From the NCBI GenBank assembly GCA_043819795.1, contig JBDREN010000006.1:1-15638 (forward strand): a DNA stretch of 15,638 nt. Reading direction: 5' to 3'. The notes under the pieces are model-generated. The model searched no databases. It worked only from the letters and a program-made list of their open reading frames with translations, and was not told the DNA's origin. This DNA is from Elusimicrobiota bacterium (GTDB taxonomy: Bacteria > Elusimicrobiota > Elusimicrobia > UBA1565). Position 1 is the stretch's first letter; every line of letters begins with the position of its first letter. Made by a program: the position numbers and the translations under genes. Shown here one piece after another: positions 7,249 to 15,636 of this stretch.

Positions 7249-8636
7249 ACAGCGCACGTTTCGCGGGCATCGCCATGACCGGCCTTCTGCTGGCGGGATG
7301 CATGCCCATCCCCAAGGCTCCCTCGCGCCGCGACCCCTTCGCGGGCATCGACATCCGCACCGCCCCCCCGGCCTATCCCGGATTGACCCTGGCCCTGATC
7401 CTATCCGAGAACACCAAGGCCGCGATCGAGTACGGGCACCAGGGAAGCGCGATGGCGGGCTTCGACGTCAACCGGTTCATCGAGGAGGATATCGAAGTCT
7501 ATAAACGGAACTTCAAGACGGTCGTCAAGGTGGAGAAAATGGAGGAGGCCCGGGCGATCAACGCGGACCTGATCGCGCTCCTCGACACCTTCGTCGAGGC
7601 GAAGAGAATCTTCAAGATGGACTCCAGCGTGGTATTCTTCTCGCCGGACCAGCGCCAGATCGAGAAGATCGGCGCGCAAGGCGAAAGGAGCTTCTTTACC
7701 GCCAGCCCGGCGACGGTCGTTTCCGGGGTGGCGGAGGAAGTCAGGAGAGAGATCGAAAGCTCGCTGCGCGCGTCCGCGAAGCTGGCGGCATACGCGAAGA
7801 CCCGGGGGGGCTCGGCCCCTCGGAAGCCCACGCCCCCCGAGCCGGCGGCGAGGGCGATCCGTTCCGACGTGGACACGCCGGGCTACAAGCTCAACGAGCG
7901 TCCGGACGACTTCGCCCTCGTCATCGGCGTCGAGAAGTACTCCGACCTCCCCCCGGCCGAGTTCGCCAAGCGAGACGCCGAGGCGGTCAAGGAGCACCTG
8001 CTCGCCCTGGGCTTCCCCCGCCGCAACGTGATCCACCTCTCCGGGTCGCAGGCCGTGCGCTCGGCTCTGGCGAAATACCTTGAGGAGTGGCTGCCGAGGA
8101 ACGTCAAGCCCGAGAGCAGGGTGTTCTTCTACTTCTCCGGCCACGGCGCCCCGGACGCGCGGACGGGCGGGGCCTATCTCGTGCCCTGGGGCGGGGACGC
8201 GAACTTCCTGAAGAGCACCGGATACCCGTTGAAGGAGCTCTACCGGAGGCTGGACGCGCTCAAGGCCAAGGAGGTGGTCGTGGCCCTGGACGCCTGCTTC
8301 TCGGGAGCGGGCGGGCGCTCGGTCCTGGCCAAGGGCGCGCGGCCCCTGGTCCTCAAGGTGGACACCGGCAGTCCCTCCGGCGGCAAGATCACGCTGTTTA
8401 CCGCGGCCTCGGGGACCGAGATCACCTCCGCCCTGGACGACCAGGGCCACGGGATCTTCACCTACTTCTTCCTGAAGGGGCTCAACGGGGAGGCACGGGA
8501 CCGCTCGGGACGCGTGACCTCGAAGGGGCTTTACCGCTACCTGAAGCCGAAGGTCCAGGACGAGGCCCGCCGCCAAAACCGGGAGCAGACGCCCGGAGTA
8601 TTCTATCCCTCCGGCGCCGGCCCGGTCCTGCGATAG
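7245..8636 (+). CDS. Lipoprotein with C-terminal caspase-like (peptidase C14) domain
   Basis: Lipobox LLAGC, Pro-rich linker, FALVIGVEKY, YFSGHG (His), LDACFSG (Cys), HGIFTYFFLKGL, QTP. ATGA overlap with the upstream gene. Confidence 0.9.
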   Translation: MNSARFAGIAMTGLLLAGCMPIPKAPSRRDPFAGIDIRTAPPAYPGLTLALILSENTKAAIEYGHQGSAMAGFDVNRFIEEDIEVYKRNFKTVVKVEKMEEARAINADLIALLDTFVEAKRIFKMDSSVVFFSPDQRQIEKIGAQGERSFFTASPATVVSGVAEEVRREIESSLRASAKLAAYAKTRGGSAPRKPTPPEPAARAIRSDVDTPGYKLNERPDDFALVIGVEKYSDLPPAEFAKRDAEAVKEHLLALGFPRRNVIHLSGSQAVRSALAKYLEEWLPRNVKPESRVFFYFSGHGAPDARTGGAYLVPWGGDANFLKSTGYPLKELYRRLDALKAKEVVVALDACFSGAGGRSVLAKGARPLVLKVDTGSPSGGKITLFTAASGTEITSALDDQGHGIFTYFFLKGLNGEARDRSGRVTSKGLYRYLKPKVQDEARRQNREQTPGVFYPSGAGPVLR

Positions 8637-8645
8637 AAACGCGAA

Positions 8646-8699
8646 CGGCCCGAGATCCGAGTCACGGATCCCAGGCCGCCGCGGGACCTCACGCCCGCG
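8646..8699. terminator. Two GC-rich hairpins between convergent genes (possible terminator or stabiliser)
   Basis: CGGCC..GATCCG-AGTCA-CGGATC..GGCCG (8646-8678) and CGCGGG-N8-CCCGCG (8680-8699). No U-tract. Confidence 0.35.
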
Positions 8700-8708
8700 T
8701 CGCGCGGA

Positions 8709-10292
8709 TCAGCCTTCGATGATCTCCTCGGCCAGCTCCCGGTCGACGTTCGACACGTACTCGATGCCGCTGATCCGAGCGGCCTCCTCGGTCAAGGCGC
8801 AGAGGTCGTCGCGGGTGATGTGCTCGAGCGAGAACTTCCTGGCCCCGCACATGAGCTGCCGCATCCCCTGGGCGCAGCGCTGCAGGTAGGAATAGACCCC
8901 GATCGCGCCCGTGGGGAGCTTGGCGAAGTCCTTCCCGTACTGCTCCTTGAGCGAATGCGCCTCGACGAAGATCTCCTCCACGGAATTCCCGAAGCGCTCC
9001 ACGAAGACCGGAGCCTTGCCCGAGGCGATCTTGTTGCCGATCGTCTTGCCGACCATCGCGGCCGTGAGCGGGGCCCGGGCCATGGTGATGATCTTGAAGT
9101 ACGGCGCCCCGAAGGCCAGGCCCTTGAATATCTGGTCCTCGAACACGAAGCCGCTCGCCACGGCGATGGGCGGGACGTACTCGCCCTTCTTGGCCAGGGT
9201 GTCGCAATACTGGTAGAGCAGGCTAAAAAGCTCGACGGGCGGCATGCCCCACTCGTTCATCATCTTCCAGGGGCTCATGCCCGTGCCGCCGCCGGCCGCG
9301 TCCACGGTCAGCATATCGATCTTGGCCTTCGAGGAGAATTTCACCGCGCGGGCGAGGTCCGCCGGGCGGTACGCGCCCGTCTTCAGGGTCACGTACCGGG
9401 CGCCGGCCTTGCGCAGCTGGTCCACCCGCTCCATGAAGCCCTCCTCGGTCACCATCCCCACCCGGGAATGGCGCTCGAACTCGGTGAAGCTGCCCTTCTC
9501 GAAGGCCTGGATGACGCCCTTGTCGTGGGGGTCGGGCAGGACGACGTAGCCCCTATCCTTGAGCATCTGGGCCTTTTTCAGGCTCTTGATCTTGACCTCT
9601 CCCCCGATGTTCTTGGCGCCCTGGCCCCACTTGAGCTCCACGGCCTTCACGCCCAGTTTCTGGAGCGCGTACTCCTGCACGCCCAGGCGGGTGTCCTCCA
9701 CGTTCGCCTGGACGATCACCGCGCCGTAGCCGCCCCTCTGCCATTGCCTGAAGAGCTTGACCCGGCGGGCCAGCTCGGGGGAGTCCGTCACCTTCCCTCT
9801 GGAAATGGTGGTCTCCGGGTCCATCCCGCAGACGTTCTCCCCCACGGTGAGGCCCACGCCGGAGATCGCGGCTCCCGCGGCGAGCCCCTCCCAGTTGTTC
9901 GACGCCACGTTCGTGGAGCCCATGCCCCCGAACACGATGGGGAGCTTCAGCTTGATGCCCGGGAACGCGCGGCCGATCTTGGTCTCGAGGTTCACGTTGG
10001 GGAAGATGGCCTTGTCCGAGTCGGCCTCGATCCCGTGCGCGCCGACCGCGGTCCCCATGATGTTGAAATGCGACAGGTCGACGGGATAGGCCTTCTCCCC
10101 GGCCGTGGTGATGATGCCGAAGGGTTGGGGATAGATGACCTCGTGGGCCCTAAGGGCGGACCTGCCCACCTCGCACATGCCGATGCACCCGTCCACGCAG
10201 GTGGAGCACAGCCCGCTCAAGGGGCTTACGGAATCCACGGTCCTGTTCTTCGTAAGAGTCGCCGCGCTGGCGTTCAATTTGATCGGAGCCAT
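8709..10292 (-). CDS. Stand-alone FMN-binding glutamate synthase family protein (GltB FMN-domain-like)
   Basis: ELKWGQGAKNIGGE, LKTGAY, TVDAAGGGTG, GGMGS, GENVCG and N-terminal CSTCVDGCIGMC. No glutamine amidotransferase domain. Confidence 0.9.
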   Translation of the reverse strand: MAPIKLNASAATLTKNRTVDSVSPLSGLCSTCVDGCIGMCEVGRSALRAHEVIYPQPFGIITTAGEKAYPVDLSHFNIMGTAVGAHGIEADSDKAIFPNVNLETKIGRAFPGIKLKLPIVFGGMGSTNVASNNWEGLAAGAAISGVGLTVGENVCGMDPETTISRGKVTDSPELARRVKLFRQWQRGGYGAVIVQANVEDTRLGVQEYALQKLGVKAVELKWGQGAKNIGGEVKIKSLKKAQMLKDRGYVVLPDPHDKGVIQAFEKGSFTEFERHSRVGMVTEEGFMERVDQLRKAGARYVTLKTGAYRPADLARAVKFSSKAKIDMLTVDAAGGGTGMSPWKMMNEWGMPPVELFSLLYQYCDTLAKKGEYVPPIAVASGFVFEDQIFKGLAFGAPYFKIITMARAPLTAAMVGKTIGNKIASGKAPVFVERFGNSVEEIFVEAHSLKEQYGKDFAKLPTGAIGVYSYLQRCAQGMRQLMCGARKFSLEHITRDDLCALTEEAARISGIEYVSNVDRELAEEIIEG

Positions 10293-10293
10293 A

Positions 10294-11052
10294 CTATCCT
10301 CCCGAGATCACTTCTTCTTTTTGTTCCTTCCCGGACGTCTTGCCCGGAGGCGTCGTCTCTTTCTGCCTCCCCCCTTCCTTCTCCCGGACGCAGGTCCCGC
10401 AGGAGCCGGTGGGACCCATGTAGCATTGATAGTCTTCGTGAAGATCGGCGCAGGTAGGCTGAAGGGGCGCGCAGTTGCCGCAGACCGCGTTGGCCGCCTC
10501 CGGACCCTGGCAGCGCGAGTTGCAGACGGGGCAGATGTACATGCAGCCGCCGCAGTGGCGGCACACGTCCGACTTGGCGCCGAAGGGCGTGGTGATCCTG
10601 CGCTCTTGGCCCCGGCCCACGAATCCGATGGCGCCCGCCATCATCTGCTCTTCGCACATGCGCACGCAGAGCCCGCAGAGGATGCAGTCCTCGTGCTTCT
10701 GCCTGAACCGCACCTCCTGGACGCCGAACTTCGCCGCCAGGTCCTGGATCGTCTTGGAGCTCGGGCACACGGAGAGCAGGAGCTCGACGATCATCCGGCG
10801 CGTGCGGAGCACCCACCGCGAGTTCGTCCGGACGTTCAGCCCTTCCTCGACGGGGTAGGTGCAGGCGGTGACCAGGCGGGCCCTTTTGCCGACGCCGGTC
10901 TCGACCACGCAGAGCCGGCATCCTCCGAACGGGGAAAGGCCGTCCTCATGGCACAGCGTGGGGATCTCGAGCCCCAGGAAGCGGGCCGCGTCCAGCACGG
11001 TCCAATGGCGCTCGGCGTCCAGGTCGATCCCGTCTATGGTTACGCGGGGCAT
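10294..11052 (-). CDS. NuoG/HydA N-terminal-like [2Fe-2S]+2x[4Fe-4S] subunit with Cys-rich tail
   Basis: Likely true start is ATG 11052 (SD AAGGAG; MPRVTIDG), not 11358. IPTLC..GGCRLCVVE..LVTAC, CILCGLCVRMC, CRHCGGCMYICP. 252 aa, with no H-cluster or molybdopterin domain. Confidence 0.9.
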   Translation of the reverse strand: MPRVTIDGIDLDAERHWTVLDAARFLGLEIPTLCHEDGLSPFGGCRLCVVETGVGKRARLVTACTYPVEEGLNVRTNSRWVLRTRRMIVELLLSVCPSSKTIQDLAAKFGVQEVRFRQKHEDCILCGLCVRMCEEQMMAGAIGFVGRGQERRITTPFGAKSDVCRHCGGCMYICPVCNSRCQGPEAANAVCGNCAPLQPTCADLHEDYQCYMGPTGSCGTCVREKEGGRQKETTPPGKTSGKEQKEEVISGG

Positions 11053-12932
11053 GACTCCTTCGCCTTCCCGGTCTTCACTGCGTCGAGGCGGCAGACGTTG
11101 AAGCACATCCCGCACTTGATGCATTTCGCGGCATCGATCGCGTGCGGCTTCTTGAGCTCGCCGGAGATGGCCTCCTGGGGGCAGGCCTTCAGGCACAGCA
11201 AGCAGCCCACGCACTTCTCCGGATCGATCCGGTATTCCACCAAGCTCTTGCACACGCCCGCCGAGCAGGTCTTCTCCCTGATGTGCTCCTCGTACTCCTT
11301 GCGGAAATAGCGCAGCGTACTCAGGACCGGATTGCCCGCGGTCTGTCCCAGCCCGCACAGCGAGCTATCCTTCACCGCGTTGGCCAACTCCTCGATAAGA
11401 TCAATATGCCCCTCTTTCCCCCTCCCCTCGCAGATGTCCGTCAAAAGCTCCCATAGCCGCTGCGTGCCCTCGCGGCAGGAGAGGCACTTGCCGCAGGACT
11501 CGTGCCTGAGGAAGTTCATGAAGTACTTGGCCACGTCCACCATGCAGGTCCGGTCGTCCATCACGATCATGCCGCCGGAACCCATGATGGAGCCCGCCCG
11601 GTAGAGGCTCTCGTAGTCCACCATCAAGCCCAGATGCTCCGCCGGGATGCAGCCGCCCGAGGGGCCCCCCGTCTGCACGGCCTTGAAGGGCCTGTCGTTG
11701 ATGATGCCGCCGCCGATGTCGTAGATGATCTCCCGGAAGGTCGAGCCCATGGGGACCTCGACCAGGCCGGTATTCCTCACCTTGCCGACCAGCGAGAATA
11801 TCTTCGCCCCCTTGCTGTTCCTGGTCCCGAAATGGGAGTACCAGCTCGCGCCCCGGCTGATGATGAGGGGGACGTTCGCCCAGGTCTCGACGTTGTTGAT
11901 GTTCGTGGGCTTGCCCCACAAACCCTTGGTCGCGGGGAAAGGCGGCCGCTGCCTCGGCTCGCCCCTTGCGCCCTCGATGGAAGCGATGAGAGCGGTCTCC
12001 TCGCCGCACACGAAAGCCCCCGCGCCCCTTTCCATGTGGACGTCGAAATCGAATCCGGAGCCGAGGATGTTCTTCCCCAGCAGCCCGTACTCCCTGGCTT
12101 GCTCGATCGCGATCCGCACGTGCTCCACGGCCACGGGATACTCGTTCCGTACGTAGACGTAGCCCTCTCCGGCGCCGATCGCGTAGGCCCCGAGGATCAT
12201 GCCTTCCAGGACGCCGTGCGGGTTGCTCTCCAGCAGGCTCCGGTCCATGTAGGCGCCCGGGTCTCCCTCGTCCGCGTTGCAGATGACGTATTTCGGCCTC
12301 CCCGGAGCCTTCCGGCAGAACTCCCACTTGAACCCGGTCGGGAATCCCGCCCCCCCCCTTCCGCGGAGCCCCGCGTTCTTGATCTCCAGGATCACGTCCT
12401 CCGGGGACATCCGGCTCAGCGCTTTGGTCAGGGCCTCATAGCCGTCGATGGCGATGTAGTCCCGTATCCTGGTGGGGGAGATCCGCTTGTTGTAGTCCAT
12501 GAGCAGGCGGAGCTGCCTCTTGTAGAAAGGAATCCTGCGCTCGTATTGGAACCGCTCTCCCGTCTTGGGGTCGCGGTAGAGGAGCCGGCGAACGACGTTG
12601 TTCTTGAGGATGGTCTCTTCGATGACCTGCTTGGCGTCCTCGGGCTTCACCTTTACGTAGCAGATCCCCTCGGGGATCAGGACGACCAGGGGCCCGTTCG
12701 CGCAGAAGCCGTGGCAGCCGGAGATCCTGATATGCACCTTGGACTGCAGTCCATTGTCGGCGACCGCCTTCTTAAACGCCTTCTCCAGCGCCGCGGCGTC
12801 GGCCGCGGAGCAGCTTGTGCATCCGATGCTGACGCGGACCTCGAACGCGTTCCGCTCGGCGTTGGCCGCCTTCCTCAGCCTGTCGTATTCCGCCACTCCG
12901 CGCAGCTTGTTCGTCGGCGCCATGGCTCTCAC
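11040..12932 (-). CDS. nuoF: NuoF/HydB-like NADH- and FMN-binding Fe-S subunit (not part of a complex I operon)
   Basis: GLRGRGGAGFPTG, NADEGDPGAYMDR, GAGAFVCGEETAL, GGPSGGC, ESCGKCLSCREG, SLCGLG, HIREKTCSAGVC, two C-terminal ferredoxin motifs, and an N-terminal thioredoxin-like Fe-S domain (GCHGFC). Start is GTG 12932 or ATG 12923. Confidence 0.93.
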   Translation of the reverse strand: MRAMAPTNKLRGVAEYDRLRKAANAERNAFEVRVSIGCTSCSAADAAALEKAFKKAVADNGLQSKVHIRISGCHGFCANGPLVVLIPEGICYVKVKPEDAKQVIEETILKNNVVRRLLYRDPKTGERFQYERRIPFYKRQLRLLMDYNKRISPTRIRDYIAIDGYEALTKALSRMSPEDVILEIKNAGLRGRGGAGFPTGFKWEFCRKAPGRPKYVICNADEGDPGAYMDRSLLESNPHGVLEGMILGAYAIGAGEGYVYVRNEYPVAVEHVRIAIEQAREYGLLGKNILGSGFDFDVHMERGAGAFVCGEETALIASIEGARGEPRQRPPFPATKGLWGKPTNINNVETWANVPLIISRGASWYSHFGTRNSKGAKIFSLVGKVRNTGLVEVPMGSTFREIIYDIGGGIINDRPFKAVQTGGPSGGCIPAEHLGLMVDYESLYRAGSIMGSGGMIVMDDRTCMVDVAKYFMNFLRHESCGKCLSCREGTQRLWELLTDICEGRGKEGHIDLIEELANAVKDSSLCGLGQTAGNPVLSTLRYFRKEYEEHIREKTCSAGVCKSLVEYRIDPEKCVGCLLCLKACPQEAISGELKKPHAIDAAKCIKCGMCFNVCRLDAVKTGKAKESCPA

Positions 12933-13330
12933 TTAAAGAACGTCGAGTACTTGGCGTAAAAAGCCCTGATCTCCGCTTCCGGGTCCTCGAATTCGACGAT
13001 ATGCTTCTTGCAGCCCATGCGCGCGCAGACCTGCACCATCCCGCCCTCCTGAAGGGCGATGGGGATCATCGGGGCGCGGCATGCCTCGCACACCCGGGTT
13101 CCCGACATCTCCTTGCTGCAGTGCGGACAGAAGAAGCTCAAGATCTTCCCCTTGGGGATCGCGAACGGTATCCTGATGGTATAGCTGCCGTACAGGCCGC
13201 TCACGAACATGTCGCCCTTCTTCTTGCCGTACTTAATGGCGAACCTGATGGAAGGCTTCGAATCGATCCTGTTCTCGCGGTCCATCAGGGACTTGCGGCA
13301 ATACCTGCACATCAACCTAAGCTTGATCAT
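12929..13330 (-). CDS. Cys-rich hypothetical protein (four Cys pairs; putative metal binding)
   Basis: CRYC, CPHC, CEAC, CARMGC. Coupled to both neighbours (1-nt gap upstream, GTGA overlap or short gap downstream). Confidence 0.85.
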   Translation of the reverse strand: MIKLRLMCRYCRKSLMDRENRIDSKPSIRFAIKYGKKKGDMFVSGLYGSYTIRIPFAIPKGKILSFFCPHCSKEMSGTRVCEACRAPMIPIALQEGGMVQVCARMGCKKHIVEFEDPEAEIRAFYAKYSTFFK

Positions 13331-13331
13331 C

Positions 13332-13832
13332 TCAGCCCCTGCGCTTGCTCTTATGTCCGCCGATCAGCGGCTCCACGTCCTTGATGCTGACTTGGCCATG
13401 GTACTGCCCGTCCTTGACCACCACGGGACCGATGGCGCAACATCCGAGGCAGTTCACGGTTTCCAGCGTGAACTCGCCGTCGCTCGACGTCTCGCCGGGC
13501 TCGACGCCGAGTTTCTTGCACAATTCCTCCGCCACGTGAGCCCCGCCCCGTACATGGCAGGCGGTCCCCAGGCACACCGAAAGAAGATGCTTCCCCTTTG
13601 GCTTGAAACGGAACGAATGATAGAACGACGCGACGCCGTATATGTCGATCAGCGAACGGCCCGTGCCTTTGGAAACGGCCCTGAGGGCGTCTTCGGGAAG
13701 GTAGCCGAGCTCAGCCTGGATATCCTGGAGAATAGCGATAAGGCTCAAACGCCCGCCGTCGCGGCTCTTGAGGATCCTTTCAACGACCTTGGAAGCCGTT
13801 TCAGCGTTCCCGCAAACGGTGCGTGCAGTCAT
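13332..13832 (-). CDS. nuoE: NuoE/HydC-like [2Fe-2S] subunit
   Basis: LIAILQDIQAELGYLP, GVASFY, VCLGTACHVRG, VNCLGCCAIGP. Confidence 0.93.
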   Translation of the reverse strand: MTARTVCGNAETASKVVERILKSRDGGRLSLIAILQDIQAELGYLPEDALRAVSKGTGRSLIDIYGVASFYHSFRFKPKGKHLLSVCLGTACHVRGGAHVAEELCKKLGVEPGETSSDGEFTLETVNCLGCCAIGPVVVKDGQYHGQVSIKDVEPLIGGHKSKRRG

Positions 13833-13960
13833 ACGCCCGTCACCCCGTATCTACGGCTTCACGGCTGACGGCACTGGCTTCTGCTCCCTCCGCTTCGCGC
13901 GCGTTTCGCGCATCTTGACGTCGAAGTGGGCTGTTCAGGAACAGTCTTATTCTTCTGGAA

Positions 13961-13976
13961 TGCAACATTCCAGCCA
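13961..13976 (-). promoter_or_regulatory. Putative sigma-54 (-24/-12) promoter of the nuoE-like operon
   Basis: Minus strand TGGCTGGAATGTTGCA matches TGGC-N7-TTGCA (GG-N10-GC), about 130 nt upstream of ATG 13832. It overlaps the perfect IR CTGGAATG-N3-CATTCCAG (13955-13973). Confidence 0.6.
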
Positions 13977-14122
13977 TCCATACTCTGCGGCATACCTGAG
14001 CCGCCCCCTCGGTCGCGACACGCGGCCGCCAACGGCAAAAATCCAATCAAATCCTGGATATCCCGGTTGGCAACCCCGGGCTGCGACGTTTCCGGAAGGA
14101 CTGCGGTTGGATGGGGCGGCAG

Positions 14123-14161
14123 GCCTCGGTTTCAACGATCTGATGATCGCCGATCCGAGGC
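14123..14161 (-). terminator. Hairpin immediately after pfkA stop
   Basis: GCCTCGG-A-TCGGCGATC-ATCA-GATCGTTGA-AA-CCGAGGC. No U-tract, so its function is uncertain. Confidence 0.45.
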
Positions 14162-15262
14162 TCAATCCCCGAACGAGGTGCCGACCGCGCGGGCGGCCTG
14201 GATCAGTGGGTGATTGCGGGGGACAAGACGCTGCCGGCCTTCTCCGTGGTCGAGCGCGACGTCCGTCACGCGGCGACCCTTCATCACCACGAGCCTGTTC
14301 CGCTTTCCCGCCATGAGGGCCGTTACGGCCGCGTGGCCGAAGAGGGTGCCGAGCACCCGGTCCTCATGCACGGGAGCGCCGCCCCGCTGCACGTGGCCCA
14401 GGACGGTGCAGCGCGTCTCCACACCGGTCCGCGCCTCGATCTCCCGGGACACATGCCGGCCGATCCCGCCAAGCCGCACAGGCTCCGGGCTCGCCGGGTC
14501 GTAGCGGTCCACGACCTGCTCGCCGCCCACGGCCCGCGCGCCCTCGGCCACGCACAAGATGGTGAAGCGCTTGCCGTGATGGGAGCGCCATACGACCTTC
14601 CGGCACACCTTGTCCATATCGAAGGGCATCTCCGGGAGCAGGATGACGTCGGCCCCGCCGGCCACGCCCGCATAGAGGGCGATCCAGCCCGCGTTGCGCC
14701 CCATGACCTCCACGGCCATCGCCCGGTGATGGCTGGCGGCGGTCGTGTGCACGCGATCGATGGCGTCGGTGGCCACGGCCGTGGCGCTGGAGAAGCCGAA
14801 GGTCACGTCCGTGCCGGGAATATCGTTGTCGATGGTCTTGGGCACGCCGACGCAGTTGACGCCCTTTCGGACGAACCGCGAGGCCACGGCCATGGAGCCG
14901 TCCCCGCCGATAACGACGAGCGCGTCGATCCGGCGGCGGCGCAGGCGCGCCACGCAGCGATCGGTCCGGTCTTCGTAATGGACCTTGCCGCCCTTGCGCA
15001 CGGGATACCTCCCCGGATCGCACTTATTGTTCGTCCCGAGGATGGTCCCCCCGACCGTCAGGATGTTCGAGGTCTCCATCTCGCCCAGGGTGCGGAAGCG
15101 GTCCTCAATGAGCCCCAGGAACCCGTCCTCGATGCCCACGACCCGCAGGCCGTGCTCCATGATGGCGCTCTTGGTGACGGCCCGGATCACGGCGTTGAGC
15201 CCGGGACAGTCGCCGCCGCTCGTCAGCACGCCGATGCGCCGGATGGGTATTCGCTTGGCCAT
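14162..15262 (-). CDS. pfkA: 6-phosphofructokinase (PfkA family, group III type, probably ATP-dependent)
   Basis: TSGGDCPGLN, GGTILGT, IGGDGS (Gly at the ATP/PPi-discriminating position), PKTIDND, EVMGRNAG, LGHVQRGG. Start is ATG 15262 or 15277. Confidence 0.93.
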   Translation of the reverse strand: MAKRIPIRRIGVLTSGGDCPGLNAVIRAVTKSAIMEHGLRVVGIEDGFLGLIEDRFRTLGEMETSNILTVGGTILGTNNKCDPGRYPVRKGGKVHYEDRTDRCVARLRRRRIDALVVIGGDGSMAVASRFVRKGVNCVGVPKTIDNDIPGTDVTFGFSSATAVATDAIDRVHTTAASHHRAMAVEVMGRNAGWIALYAGVAGGADVILLPEMPFDMDKVCRKVVWRSHHGKRFTILCVAEGARAVGGEQVVDRYDPASPEPVRLGGIGRHVSREIEARTGVETRCTVLGHVQRGGAPVHEDRVLGTLFGHAAVTALMAGKRNRLVVMKGRRVTDVALDHGEGRQRLVPRNHPLIQAARAVGTSFGD

Positions 15263-15525
15263 GCGCCTATTTAACATCTATCCCGAACGAAAATCCAGGG
15301 AGGGCACGCCGGCTCGGGCATGGATCGGGGATACCGCCCGGGGCATGCGGCATCCAGTCAAGCGCGCGGCAAGGCTTCGCGCGATGCGCCAAGAAGATGG
15401 TGAATCGGCGCCAGTCGCCGCGCTTTGTCGGTTGAAGCGGATGCGGCGCTCGAGCCGCCCCCTGTCGATGGGGACTCCGACCCTAGCTCCCGCGGTCGCA
15501 GCGCCGGCAATATCCGCTGCGGCGA

Positions 15526-15636
15526 TCACTCGGGTCCCGGAGCCTGCTGCCGCAGCCCGGGCACCGTCCGCGGCGCCAGCTCCTTCGTTCCTCGGAGGTG
15601 CCCCGGCGGTCCCGGAGGCGATCGCGCCGCCAGTCG
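15526..15636 (-). CDS. Possible 3' end of an upstream gene
   Basis: Frame RLAARSPPGPPGHLRGTKELAPRTVPGLRQQAPGPE* has partly host-like codons and is followed by a short stem. No motif recognised. Confidence 0.25.
   Translation of the reverse strand, partial: RLAARSPPGPPGHLRGTKELAPRTVPGLRQQAPGPE

Noticed and set aside
11053..11358. N-terminal extension of the Fe-S subunit given in the ORF track
   Set aside because: Overlaps the nuoF-like gene; homology and an SD begin at ATG 11052.
11040..13832. Respiratory complex I or a hydrogenase operon
   Set aside because: No membrane nuo subunits, H-cluster motifs or NiFe large subunit in the operon.
13957..13971. NrpR operator
   Set aside because: Spacing is GGAA-N7-TTCC, not the N6 of the archaeal NrpR box; kept only as an unassigned palindrome.
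8820..15274. Long plus-strand ORFs 8820-10457, 10135-11310, 11502-12959, 13209-13868, 14210-15274
   Set aside because: Antisense shadows expected from high-GC codon bias of well-supported minus-strand genes.
15278..15529. 83-aa minus-strand ORF upstream of pfkA
   Set aside because: Ala/Arg-rich, no recognisable motif; more likely intergenic.
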